Assembly: GCF_964355755.1 (NCBI RefSeq) | Contig: NC_092672.1 | Coordinates: 11,532,001-11,596,000, forward strand | DNA: 64,000 nucleotides | Direction of reading: 5' to 3' | Source: Antedon mediterranea | Taxonomy: Eukaryota; Animalia; Echinodermata | Part shown: positions 12,101 through 25,669 of the stretch, piece by piece | How positions within the stretch are numbered: the stretch's first letter is position 1 | Layout: each line of letters opens with the position of its first letter | Translations under genes and position numbers: made by a program | Notes under the pieces: generated by a model | The model's database searches: none | What the model saw: only the letters and a program-made list of their open reading frames with translations | What the model was told of the DNA's origin: nothing

Positions 12101-15100
12101 TTGGAGTTGGATCAAATTAGAATAGGCCTACAGGTAAAGATATCATGCAATTATGATTCTAAAAAAATAAACCATTTTTGCTTTCTCCTCATTCCCAAAT
12201 ATAATTATTATCATGTGTGTAATTTGTAGGTGGAACATTGTTGCGATTCTCTATAGTATTTTTTTTAATGTTGAAAATAAACAACTCATTTAATACGTCT
12301 ATTATCCCAATTAGTGCTATAAAGATAAACAAATGCTAGGCCTAATTATTGTTGGGGGGAAAACGATAAATAGTTATCAATTTCTGTTTTTCGTTTTCTC
12401 GCTAGTGAATAAAAATCTGTTTGTTTACAAGAAATTATCATTGTATCTTTTTAATGTTACATTAAAAAAAGGTTCAACATTGTGCACAGGCTTTCTAAAG
12501 GTCCTCTTTGTGAGGAAACCTGCTTAACGCAGGCCAATGTTATAGTGATTTATACATTTATATATAAAAAATTGTATCACAGGTTGTGCTTGTATGCGGT
12601 GACTTTCGTCATCCCCAATTTCAAACTTAATTTGTTCAATTGAAATCAGTCATGAGAATGTTGGTGTAAAATGATGTTATTTAATGTAGAATTCATAGTG
12701 ATACACGTATATGACCTATTTTTCATTTTATAACTTCCGGTGTTTAAGTTATGCTAATTTGTCTTGATAGCATTCAAATAGATGAATCAGAACTCTGTTA
12801 ACTAATTCCTCTATGTTTTGGCTCTTAGTTGTATTCAGTAAGTAAGGCCTGTTAATATACGCCTTACTGTATTGGGTAAAAATCGTCACGTTTTCGTTAC
12901 GAGAAATGTAATGTGTTTAATAAAAGACATTATAACAACACAGTAGGCATACCGTATCCATCTCATTTGATTTGGTAATTGTGCATGACGTGCTATTTAG
13001 TATATTGTACGATAAAAGTTCTATTCAATAGTTCTATTACACGGTAGTTTTTGTAAAAGGAGGCTGGTGATTGAACTTCCACGTTCGAAAAACCTAATGT
13101 TTTATGCCGTTCATAGCCTATATGCCTATACTACGCGGCCACCAAACCGTCGAAATCATTACATTCAAAATAGAAGAAGCGGATTAATTAAATAAAAGTT
13201 AAATTAGGACAAGTTCCGGTAGGTATAAAACAATAATGACCGTTTTTATGGTATAACTTTTAAAAGTAAAGTATTCTTCCCATTTGAAGTATAGGCCTAA
13301 ACAAACATTTTTTATTTGTAGGCTTTAATGATATGATTTCAAAATATAAAAAATGTTGATGACATCAACCTACTGACTTAATTCTATTTGCTCTGCATGC
13401 TTTTATTTTCTTAAACGTGAGATATGAGTACATTGAGGGTTAGAGACTTTAGGTTTTGCTCACGTAATGACGTTTTAACAACATACACCCCGAAGTATTC
13501 CGCACACCGCAGTACTATATCAAACATCATTTGCAATATGATTCCTAGTGTAGACAGTAACATCGAAATCATTAATAGTTAGTAGTTTCTCTCCACATCC
13601 ATCGCAGCACCAAAACCCAGGTAGCCGATTTTGTACAACAAGTATTAGCCTACAATTCATAAAATGGACATCTCCTGGTGTGTCTGTACGTGCGCGCAGT
13701 AAGCTTCCATGGTGGAACACCGTACGACGTTCACGAAAGCCACATTTAATTAAATTACCAAGTAGATACATTTAAATTACTTTTAATAAATATTTGTTTT
13801 TCTCCATAAAATAATAACATTATTTCATGCGCGGTCATGGCTAGACCAACACACAATGCGAATATAAACGTCATTCAGGGTAAGATACGGTAACTTTCAA
13901 AAGACCCCGATAAATAAATAAAAGGGAATACATCGATAGCTTGCGTCTTAGCTACATTTAGGCCTACATACAAATGTACAAGAAAGAAAGAAGATCATAA
14001 TTTTGGTTACCCGGCTAGCAAACACAATCTCTTCTTTAGAGCATGTCTGGCTATATGCCTATTGTAGAAAGTGATGTATATAGTAGGTCTCTATTTAAAT
14101 CTAAATATACGTGGTGTACCGCAAACTTTATATTATGATAGCCAAAATTTTAGGGGAAAAATGCTGAAACTTTAATCCTACAGAATTTTTGAAAATAATT
14201 GACGAGGGCAAATAGACACGCGTCGGCTGCCACAGATGATAATGATCTGCAAGCCGTGTTGCCGCCTGCCATTCGCGGCAGAGGCACGCGTTGGTCTTGC
14301 CGTAATTTTAGAATCCGGTTTAAAATACAGATCCGGCTGCCAAGAACAAACTCATAAATTACGAAATAACAAAATTCACTTAATAAATGATATTCTCTCA
14401 ACTATGCTAAACTATATCCTATTACAGTTCATGTTTACATTATAAAAATAAGGTTGATTGATACTTGGAAATGGTTTTATTACATTATAATAATACCGTA
14501 ATAATTAGGCCTATGCTCAAAATATATTTGAGACATGGTTTAGGCGCCATAGTAAGCATAACCTCTTCATGAACGGTCGATAAAATGGTAAGTAACTAAT
14601 TGTAACACCCTCCGAATTAAGAGTTAACCGGCGAGAATTCCTAGATCTATTGCAGCCAGTTGAAAGAACATCGAAAGATAGACCATAATAGAATAATTCG
14701 TACTCAACGTTGATTGTATCTGTATTCTATATTTGAATTGAATTTGAATGGAAGGTTAAAATGATACTTTGGCGGTTAATATGAATTACAAAATTGATCA
14801 TAAAATCTGACGAACCCTGCTGACTAACCAATCTAAATCTCGCAGCGCTAATAAAGCTGTCCTTTCCGAGCTTATAGTAATCTGTTGGATTTAAAACCTC
14901 GTATTGGAAAGCACACTAATTGCAATCGGAGTTCTTATTCTGTACAGAGTGAATCCTTGGTTCCTGTTCTTTATTCCAAATGTCAACATACTTTGGTGAA
15001 TCACTAAAGAAGTGTCTTTCTTCGCGGCAGTGGTGCTAATAGTATTACTGAAGATGTTTCTAGCCCGTAGTAATGAAAGAAAAAGGGGTTTGAGAGGTCA

Positions 15101-15867
15101 GAAAAGAGTCTCATTATTCACTGATCTTTTGCCTTTGTTTTCCGATGAATAGAGCAATGATGGGCTTAGGGGTAAAAAGTGTGAACAGGAGTAGCTAATG
15201 CGTCAATTGGCTATAAAGAAAGTAAAATGGCAGGTGGCCAACATGCAGTCATTCCTCTTTTCAAGGAATTTATTTCAAATTATATAGTTCTTTGACTCAA
15301 AACTATCAATTATTCTTTGCGAGTAACTGCATTAAAGTAGGCCTAACTTAAATATTAATAGTTTAAAAAGGTTGTGCAATAGGCCTATGTAAAGTATGTA
15401 CCGTGTCAAGCATTTAACTTTTCAACTAAAAGCCCTTTCGAGTCACATAACACGAATTTCGTTTTTCATTCATGGTCTAAAATTCCTAGAGGAACCTACT
15501 AAAAATAATGAATGTTGAATAGTTTTTGTCTTTAATAATAGTATATAATGAAATAATAATTGCTGACTGATCTATATTTTTAATAAACCTAAAATAGGCC
15601 TATTAGATCTATTTTCTTTTTTGAATAGCAATTAATTTGCTCAAAAACTTTTTGTTTTTCTATCGGTAAATCTAAATTATGTGATAACATTCTTTCTATT
15701 ACGCATTTTCTGGTCAACTCAGACTTGACCAAAGCCCACAGAGAACAATATAAAAGTACATTCCATCGATAAAGAAGAATTTTTTAGAAAAATCATAGTA
15801 CGACGACAAAATGTCTAAAAAGAATTAGGTAGAAGTCTATAATTCCAATTTTACGGAAGGTAAATAA

Positions 15868-16137
15868 GTTTTCTCCAACTTCCGTACCGTAGTAAACATA
15901 ACAGTAAACTAGTGTAACTAAAGTCATCAAAAAAACCTACGCTCTTTTGGTTCAATTATTAAATTAATTGAACCAAAAGTGCGTAGGTTCAAGAATAAAA
16001 TAACACACTTTAAGAGATTAACGAAATATTTAAATGGTAAACATTTTTCGGTTTAACTTCAACCACCATGTACTGTACACTGTCGTGTAGTTTCAGTAAA
16101 TTATACAGTTATGTTTACTACGGAAGTTGGAGAAAAC
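15868..16137. repeat. Nested inverted repeats
   Basis: Outer arms 15868-15902 and 16108-16137 (30 bp perfect apart from a 5-bp CCGTA insertion); inner hairpin 15934-15989 with 25-bp arms, 1 mismatch and a 6-nt loop. Confidence 0.85.
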
Positions 16138-17158
16138 ATTTTTACGGTCACGTTCATTAAAAGCGGAATTAGATTTTAATTTGATACATAATTATGTCAC
16201 AGCTATAATGGCAATAGACCCAGGATAGATAGGAATAGAAACGTGCCCCAAAGATTATAAAATCCACAAATTCACTGTGAATCCGTTACGTAAAGTGGGG
16301 CGAAATAAGTAAGTTACCTTATGTCTCTTTAAGAAATACCTTGCACGTACGACTATTCTATATCGTGTCCGTTATCGGCACAGGTGTTACTGAAAGTTTA
16401 ATCTTATTACAGGCAACAATACAACATTTTAATACTATGGTAGGCCTACAACATACACACATAGATCAAGTGTGAAAACGGTATTGTTATCATAAAAGTT
16501 ATTTACCCGTAGATACTTTAATTGACAATAAGAACATAAAGAGAGAAATAGAAAATGTACGGTATGGACAGTACTAAAACTATAACCACGTGTAAATAGT
16601 TACGGCGTCAGGGAAATTGCACAATGTTGACTGACTTGATAACCAACGACTAATGAATTATAAATATTGAAACAATTGATTACCGTGTCCTGTGTTACTA
16701 CCAAATACTACTAAGTAAGTTTAAGAATAAAGTAAGGTCACAGAGTTCTGAATTCATGCCATGTCCGTCTATTTAACTTTGTATTATAAACCACAATTCA
16801 GAATTTACCACATTTTTGTTTTAATCGGTACCGGTAGCCTATAGGCCTATTGACTTAATAGGCCTAGAAGTACAAAAATCACGATATGAATATTACTTTA
16901 TTAACCCTATGTAGTAAGGTAGATGTAATATATTGTATTAATGTATAGTAGGCCTATAGTCTTTTTTTATATGAAAAGTATGATCTGTTTTAAATAATAT
17001 TTAGTGTATAAGTTTTAAATTATTATTTTTTTTTTCTTGGCAAATTGTGTACGATAGTTAACCATTTAAGTCTAACGTGTTGCTAAATATAACTGTATAC
17101 ATTAAAGTAGGCTTAGAACTAATATAAAAAGATAAAATGACAACAAATTGATTCTTAC

Positions 17159-17290
17159 TATAGATGCATAACTTTCGTAGTCCTCTCCATCGCTATCTTC
17201 GGGGTAACCATTTTCCTTCAAATACTCCATTGGGTTACCATAGCAATATGGTAAAAGGAAGATGATCCACAGAGATAAGTAAAACCTCAT
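17159..17290 (-). CDS. First coding exon of a putative secreted protein (signal peptide + acidic segment)
   Basis: GGCGGCATG start; MRFYLSLWIIFLLPYCYG-NPMEYLKENGYPEDSDGEDYESYASI (44 codons) ends exactly at a phase-0 GTAAG donor (17158-17154). Acceptor TTGTCTGTAG ends at 17326 and an upstream donor GTAAGT lies at 17500-17495. Confidence 0.65.
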
Positions 17291-17979
17291 GCCGCCACTA
17301 TTTAATCGTACAAATTCCGAAGATCCTACAGACAATTATATAATACCGGGCTATGACAAAACTCCAAAATCTCTGAAGTATCTCAAAAATAAAATCTCCT
17401 GGTTCAAGATTGTAATTATTATCAGATCAAACGTTCGTCTTGTCCTTCTATAATAAAATCCTTTCCTTTCGTCGTTCGAATTGATTTAATACAAACTTAC
17501 GGTATCCTTCTTGCATCTGGTCTAATACAGTTTAAAAAATGCCCTTGTCTAAATGTCCCTCAACATCAACAAGATTTGAACTGGTGTTATTAATTTGTAA
17601 AATCACGCTTAATTTGCTCTGTCGCAACTTATGTTTAGAAAATCACTAATGACACGATTCATCCGAGAAGTGCGACTTCCAGTGGTGGTGATTTACACGC
17701 TTCAATGAATACAAATTACGTATAATTCAAGATCATTTGTTGCAATACCGTATACTTAAATACACAATTCGCGAGGTTTCTTCAAAAACCAATGTGTAAA
17801 TTCCACGTTATATCAAATATTTTTTTCAACAAGTTAATAGTCCAAACATAGTTATTTCAAAATAATATTCCTCGAAGGACCGGAGTATAAATAAAGTTGT
17901 TGATTTGACAGGAAAAATCAGAATAATGACGGCCAAATAAAATGTGACGACAGTTAACCGAACCTCCCCAAGCTAAATG

Positions 17980-18022
17980 ACAATGGACTGCGTTTTCACA
18001 GTAGGCATTTATAAGCCAATAA
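17980..18022 (-). promoter_or_regulatory. Candidate Pol II core promoter for the 17.2-kb gene
   Basis: Minus strand reads ATTGG-CT-TATAAAT followed ~30 nt later by Inr-like CCATTGTCATTT, upstream of the GTAAGT donor at 17500 (putative non-coding exon 1). Confidence 0.4.
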
Positions 18023-19834
18023 GCCGTGATCGCGCAGATGGGACTACTTTACTTCTACTTGCCCTAGCCGGATTCGCACTCGTACGTAATTTGGACGTCT
18101 CGTCTCGCCAAATAATAAATCAGGCTGTTAAGCTGTTTTGGATAAAGATCAACAATGCTTTAGTTTCAGATTTGGGATTTCTTAATTGCCAGCAAAGCGG
18201 TAGTCGGTGGATATATCCGATCATTATCAACAAAGAGCCCGAATTCGGTTTATTTAAGTTAAGGTTAAGTTTTTCAGTTTGGCTGCAATTGCCGTAAATT
18301 CCAGTTAACGTTTTATAGCGTGCCAAATAATAACTATTATAGTTTATACACAAAATGTGACGCCTTATATATTCAAAATGTACACGAATAATACTGAAAG
18401 GATGGCACATGTTGAATAGTTTAATCAGTTAATATTCATTATCAAGATTATTAAATGATTACTAAATATTATGATAATTAATATAGGGCCAAAAGATCTA
18501 TAATACTGTCATAGAAACAAATACATTATGATATTGAATATCTATACCCAATCACTGTCAATGATCGTAGGTTTAGTTTTTATGATTAAGAGTGTAGGCT
18601 TAGGCTACTAAAAACAACATTTTGAGCGTGTGGAAAATAGTTTTTCAAGCTCTAAAAAAAGTATTCTATAAAGTTGAATTATTGTGGTAGATTAGATGGC
18701 GCTATAACGACAGTTAAGCTAAACTAATTTAGTATGTTGAATTCCCAAAATAAAAAATACTATTGCTGCATATTGGTAAACTAATAAAAACTGAATTCGT
18801 TACCAGTAATACAGTAAGTCATTGAAAGTAGTACTATAGCCTACGCATTAAAAGCACAACATGTCAACATTAATTTGCAATATTATAATGTCATAAATAC
18901 AGTTTACAAATAGGATTCATATACGAAATGACAAAGTACTAACATTAATATATTTATGAATCCGTGATAACAAATGTCGGGGTGCCAAGGCTGTATCAGG
19001 CCTACAGTTACACTACTGTACTATTATAGTATTGACGTCTTCCATGACGAGCGACAACCAGACTAGATCCTATTAGTAAAACGCCGCGGGTTCGGTGTTC
19101 TTTTCTCGCAATGAAAATCATTTCGTTGATTTCTATGAAGAATATAGCTATTGCAGTAGATTGTGTACAATTACAATAAGAAATCGCCCAATTGCAGATA
19201 CTTTTCTATTAGGTTATGAAAACACTTTGTAATGTGTAAATACAACATATAATGGAATTGGCAATGACGGCAGGAGCTTAGACTGTTTGAAAGAGGATAA
19301 AATCAAGTGAAGGAGATGATTGCAGACAGCTTGGCCCCAATACCTGGTTTGTCAACCAAACACTCCAATTTGACACCTAACAATTATTATTAATCCACTT
19401 GAGGACAATTGAAGCTTTTTACTTTGCCTAAAAGCTCTATTATTTGACTCAGTGATTTGTTTGCTCAAATAGTTACCAATTATTTGCACATAAAAGAGGT
19501 TACTCGCTCAATTTGGTTTTTACTATGGTGCAGTCAATCAAAGTATATAAAAGACAAGTCAAAACGATTACAATTTCAGTAAAGAAAGGTCTTCGACATA
19601 CCTCTGGAAAAAAAAGGATTTTGTTTATCCGATCGACTGACGGTGAGTGACCGAACCGACCGACCAATACGCTGTCTGGTACCTTCTTGTACTGTTAACG
19701 CCCTATTTATGGCGTTATAACGTCGTATTATTATAAAATAACTGTTTTCTTTGGCGGAAATCAGCCACCGTAGTACAGAGTAGTATCATTACCACCTTAT
19801 CTCCACCTATAGAGTTGTTCTGTGTTCAGTGTGG

Positions 19835-19965
19835 TACACTATAAAGGATATCAAACTTTATGTGATAAAAAAATGTTCCAATATGGACACCTTGACGTCA
19901 TTATAACTTACCTTAGTTGAGCACATACAACTTTGTTTAACTAGTTGGATAGTGTAGACAGAGCT
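19835..19965. mobile_element. Small MITE (TIR ..CTGTCTACACTATC..), with a second partial copy at 20494-20555
   Basis: Right end GTTGGATAGTGTAGACAGAGCT + TTA; its revcomp matches CTGTCTACACTCTCGAAC at 20494. Both copies share AACTTTAT(G/A)TGA..AAAAAAA and GA(C/T)GTCAT. Confidence 0.6.
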
Positions 19966-21012
19966 TTACATAAAATATACCCATGTTGGTAACCTATCGG
20001 AGTTTTACCGGCGGTACATTAATGACTGAGCTTAGGTCTACTGTAGTACGTGTGAACACAACTATTAATTGATGACTTGAAGTATGTGGTTTCTGTGAAA
20101 GTGGGATATTTTTAGAACATTTCTTAAAAATGAACATAATCATGTCCAAATAATAACCTCTGCCACCAGACATAACGAAGGACTCGTTATCTGATAAGTA
20201 ATGCTAATTAAGTTTTCACACAAACTAATGAGACCAGGTGGTCCATAATAATTAGTTATACATCTGAAATAAGGCCTATAGCATGTTGCTGATCATCAAT
20301 GCTTTAAAGACAGTGTTAGATAACACTCAGATAGCTCTGATGTTGGGGCTATATTGACACCCAATCGTCGTATGCACATAACAAGGGTATTGTCTTCTTC
20401 CTAAAGTAGGCATAAGATTAAGATAAACTAAAAAAATATTTGAATGGATTTAATCATTTCAACAAAAACAATAAAATGCACGAGCATAATGTCCTGTCTA
20501 CACTCTCGAACTTTATATGACATAAAAAAAAGGTGATGATGTCATATCGATACCAATTAATATACGAACATTAATAAAATACTATTAATTAAATATTAAC
20601 TATGCATTTCTTATTTGTTTTTCATTATGTTCGTTTGGCACACATTGTGATACAACATGACGCAGTAGGCATGTTACTTGCTCATATTATTTCAGGTGAA
20701 TTCTGTCAAAGTCATCGTTACTAATACTATACACGTGGTAATTTTGTAATAAATGTAATTGAGAATTAGACAGTAAAAGGATAAACTCTGTCCCAAGGAC
20801 AAGACTAATGTTTTACATTTTCTTTCACACGCTTTGAATGATCTTCCCATCCTTTAACGTTAGTCAAAACATGTTAACGTAATTTCACTCGAGTCTGTAA
20901 GGTGTTTCCCGGTGTGCTTATTGAGAACGTTGAGAACGGAGCGCTGAAAGGATGCTAGTTACCAAAGTAACAACGCAATCGATATCAAACGCAACCAATA
21001 TGATTAAACCCG

Positions 21013-21221
21013 TGGGCGACTTTGCGATGGGGCGACTTTGCGTTAGGGCGACTTTGCAATGGGGCGAATTTGCGATGGGGCGACTTTGTAATGGGGCGAC
21101 TTTGCGATGGGGCGACTGTGCCGGGGCGACTTTGTTTTGGGGCGACTTTGCGATGGGGCGACTTTGTATTGGGCGACTTTGTATGGGGCGACTTTGCGAT
21201 GGGGCGACTTGACTGGATCCC
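21013..21221 (+). repeat. Minisatellite, 13 units of ~16 bp (GGGGCGACTTTG + ~4 variable nt)
   Basis: Consensus GGGGCGACTTTGCGAT; last unit diverges into GACTTGACTGGATCCC; explains the three overlapping ORFs at 20952-21242. Confidence 0.95.
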
Positions 21222-24099
21222 CGCTGAAAGATAAGGCTTCAATTTTGGCTACTTGTGATTAATATTTGTTATTCAGCTAATTTTGTATCTTTGTTTACCG
21301 TGAGTTACATTTTTCTCAAGATATTGAGATGTGGGTCCATAATTTCACTTATGCTACACTATACATACAGTATTAAATAACAAAATTCAGCACTATGTAA
21401 CGTATAGCCTATGTGCTGCATGTCATAGGATGGCATGCATAAACTTTATGCCCACAGCGTACCTGCATGTTGCGTAAAAAAATTAAATGTCGAGAAAATT
21501 ATCTTTTATCACAATGATCACCTGTAATTTGTCAAAGTGGGTCTAGTTATTGAAAGATATTTCACTGGCTTTATTACTTTGGGAAATCAATTAATTGAAT
21601 TATATTCTATTCGATGACGAAATGAAGATTGGAATCGTAATACCAAAAAAAAGCAATTTCCAATCTTTTAATCTACAAAACAAAAATCAAATTCTACAAT
21701 TATATTATTAACATCATAGTATTTATTTTACAGAAGCTCTCATGGGAAAACCCAACACGGACGCCACGCGGTTGGTGGCACAATGACAAACGTAAACACC
21801 TGCGCAGTGCGTCTAGACGCAATGATCTTTATCAATATATAATAATTGACCGAATGTACATTTGTTTCACTTTATATGGTTGATTTCAGAGCGAATTCGG
21901 TTTTAATTTCTGCCCTAAGCTAAGAATTATGTACATTTGTTGTTTCATCAATTTTGCCAGGTCTCTAGGTCTGGCTTGACTGTAGCATCTGTTCTGGACG
22001 CAGACCGATGTCTCCCTACATTGATTACTCTAACGGTTTTTAAGAGCCCCGTGACATTTTCACCGAATAACCAACTAATAATATTACGATGAAACCGAAA
22101 GAAGGACATTTTGTCATTTTCACCGCATTCGAATACCGTATATTAAAAGAAGGAAAAACAGTGAATTCAATCCAACTATGCGGAGTCGCGTTTACGAGCC
22201 AACATGAAACGATTCACTTGTTTTATCGCAAACATTCTCCCCACCGTACCCCTCCATCTCCATCCATACCATCCGAGTCTATCAGATAGATAGCTTTTTG
22301 GAAACTGGGAAAATGGCAGTCTAAAAATGTTTTCGGTTCTCTATTCCAACTTCCCAGATCTTCTCCATGCATCATCATGACGTTTGATAAGTATTCGAAC
22401 AGGTAAACTTACCTGTATATTTTCACTGTTGATTTTCAGCCGGGAAACGCCATAACAATTGTAAGTGTAGGCCTAATGGCACCTCAGCAATAATTTGAAT
22501 CATTAAAGCTCGGGGTCCTTGTCCTGCCTTCAAATTGTTATAGGCCCTCTTTCGGGATCGTGTAGGAATAATGATTGCAAAAATAGAAGTTTAAAATCTT
22601 ACCTTTTCCAAAGTGTTTGACTGTTAATCAACCTAATACGAGACGTAATTTTCTGGATTTTTTTTACGGTCAACAATGGTATCAGAATACCTCATACCGG
22701 TGTCGTAATATAAATGCATTGATATGTAAATGAACAATTGTATTTTTTTATTCAGCATAGTCGACTGTAATGCAACTTCGCAATTCTGAACATTTTAGAA
22801 TGCGATCCTTTTTTAATGACCTCTTTCCATTTTAAAGGATTAGTCGGTTTCATATTATATATTTACACTGATTCTTTATAGTATTATTATATTACGTTCA
22901 TAAAAAAGCACTGGTCTAACCACTTGTTAAAATAAAGCCCATGTGAGTCAAAAAAGAATATTTTCTGGTCAAGAGGGGCACAGAAGCATTAATGCCTTAA
23001 GTTTAGTATAATAGGTAGGTAGAATAACAACATTTCATAGCAGTTATAACTGTAATATACAGGCGTTTTGACATCGTTCTTTTCTAGGATTTACAGTCCA
23101 AAATAATAATAGACCTAATAATAATAAAAGGATACCCTATTGTAGCCTTGATGATTTTTCTCTGGCGCCGGAAAAATGTAGGATAACACGGGTTAATTTT
23201 GAAACGTGACTTTGATTGAAAATCTTAGAAATCGAACAAGGTGTTATCTCCTAGAAAATGACAATGAAAACAATAAGTAAGATGAGGTGTATTTCATTTA
23301 CTCAGCTGGATCCATTTAGACAATGCACACCAGACGATGATTTTAATTTGATTTTTTTTAATCTATGTATTTTAACGGTACGGTACCTTGTCAATCATTT
23401 GCTGTGAAATTAAATTTATCGTTATCAAATGCCTGTAATCAGCAGCAAATTTGGATATCACCGTCCTAATTTATTAGGTCTATTAAAATAAAACTGTTTG
23501 GGTTTTCGATTTATTTGCTTGTTGTTTAGTTTATAAAAGCAAGAGATATAGCTATACATTAGTTATTTCATTTTTAGGTCTATAATTAGATTTATTTATT
23601 TATTTATTTTATTTTATAGACATTATCTATGTCTTTAGATAATATGCTTTAGCCTACTGTAGCTACCCCACATAAACCTTAGATTACTCCCTTCAATATT
23701 AAAGTTTTAGCTCTAAGTTCGAGAACATTGTAATTCACAATTACATGAAGAAGGTAGAATGTGTGACATTATGGTTGAAACCATTGATAGGGTTATTCTT
23801 CAACTATTAACTTTTACTTGGTCAATCAACAACAAGAAATCTGTTGTATAAAATACATACAATATCAAGTAGCGTCATTTTTCCCGAGGGCCACTTGACT
23901 TGTTAACACCATGTAACCTATACGCAACCCACACTTGTTAGAAGCCGGAGGTGAAATACCATCAAGTCACAGCATCAGGCCTACATATTGAGGTAGTTAA
24001 TACCACAGAATAAGGTCAAGTGCAATTATCTATAACACAATTTCTGTCCCGTTAAAAACTATACGGTGTGAACTTTTAAAACAATTTATTAAAAGGACT

Positions 24100-24630
24100 A
24101 AACAAGCCAAGCCAAGCTAAGGATTTTTATAAAGAGGGAGAAACTGAAGAATATATAGATTTTGTCCTGCTGACTATGTACAATTTTCAAAAATAATTTT
24201 CTAATAGTACATGAAAACTATGAAATATGGTTGAAATAATGCAACAGAATTTATTTCACCACAACGCATTTTTATAAGGTACCTATTATTACGTACATAT
24301 TAAAAGTCTAGACAAATCCAGGTAGGGAAATAGGATTTTTGAAATATAATGGCCGCCAAAGGCAAAAATGCCAAAAAAGGGACAAAAAGACAAAAATGAA
24401 AGATCTAATTCCACTTTATAACCATTTTGACAATGATTTATATATTTTTTTACAGTTTCGAAGATCTGAACACATTATTGTAAGCGTTGTTAATTAGAAA
24501 ATGGCCGCAAAACAAATGTTTAAGTATCTAGATTTCCCTGATGTTATAATATATTATTATAATATGTAATGATGAGGGCGACAAACAAATAGACAAACAT
24601 ACAACGATCAGATGAAGGCACCCTTGTACA
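24100..24630 (-). mobile_element. Possible degenerate HINE/Helentron-like element
   Basis: AACAAG start, two AATGGCCGC core motifs (~24347, ~24500) and a GACA/AACA microsatellite (24579-24602) in the order expected for a reverse-oriented HINE. Confidence 0.3.
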
Positions 24631-25241
24631 ATTTAAGAGGTCATGATATTAATTTAGAGAAATTAAAAGATGCCGAACACTTTTTAGATATGTATGTAAA
24701 CATTACTACGGGTTCAACAATGATATCAATGACACGGAAATTAACGCTTGTCGGCTTTTTCACTACTACGGTACCTTTACAAAATGATGATTTAATATTA
24801 TATAGTGATAGTGAATTAATGTTACACTCAACATAGGGTTTGTTTAAAAAAATACCAAAATACACGAATTATTATTGAATTAACAATTCCATGTTCACAT
24901 TTCTGAGATTCATTCTGCTAAACATGTTTTTTTGTTACCACTTCCGAATGGCCTCCCGAACAAATATAATCTAAACAAACATAGGACACATATTATTACT
25001 ACAGTATAGTAGGCCTGCATTGAATTAATATTATGAGGATACTTTCGTGATCCAACAAAGTGCCAATTCACATGTGGTTGGCCAGAGTTAAAACATAAAT
25101 TGTCCCTCTCCATCCTTTCCACTCATAACATTGCTCCATCATGAAAAAGTGTTTTTTTTTTGTATAGTGATGTCTCCTGAACAAGGGTGTCACAAGGCAA
25201 ATCTATAATAATATACACCGTAGCATTGGTCTTACGTTTCC

Positions 25242-25560
25242 TTAAAGATGTATTGTCCCCCAAAATCATGAAAAATAAAGATTTTTAAAATCGGACTTTG
25301 AATAGGCCATTTTGCAGTTTTAATGAAGTTGTTCACTTCCATAAGATAAACGGGGGAAAACAATTATTTGACCTATAAAAAGACAAAATAAACAGTTAAA
25401 TTACCCCAAAACTCATTGTCTTCCAGACAATTTGACCATTTTTTGCTTTAAATTACATTTTTCTCAGGTAAATAAATTTTTTTCAGACCCAATTTTTTGT
25501 GAGAGTGAATAACTATTATGTGACATTAAAATGACATAAAATGACAAGTATTTTTAAATA
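25242..25560 (+). mobile_element. Dispersed repeat, Kolobok-like non-autonomous DNA transposon end; diverged copy at ~63398-63690
   Basis: Begins TTAA+AGATGTATTGTCCCC. Colinear blocks shared with 63398-63690: CATTT.GCAGTTTTAA, TATAAAAAGACA.AATAAAC, CAAAACTCATT, CAGGTAAATA, AGTGAATAACTATT..GTGACATTAAAAT. Confidence 0.6.
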
Positions 25561-25562
25561 AA

Positions 25563-25600
25563 TTAGAAATAGTTTCATTTAAAAATGAAACTATTTCTAA
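25563..25600. repeat. Perfect 18-bp-arm palindrome
   Basis: TTAGAAATAGTTTCATTT-AA-AAATGAAACTATTTCTAA. Confidence 0.9.
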
Positions 25601-25669
25601 ATTATACAAGCCTGATTTATTTTAAAGGTTTTTGACGGAGACCTAATCATTTTCAAAATGTAAATAATT

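Noticed and set aside
20952-21242. Three overlapping repetitive ORFs / mini-CRISPR
   Set aside because: Translations of a 16-bp minisatellite; variable parts are only 2-4 nt.
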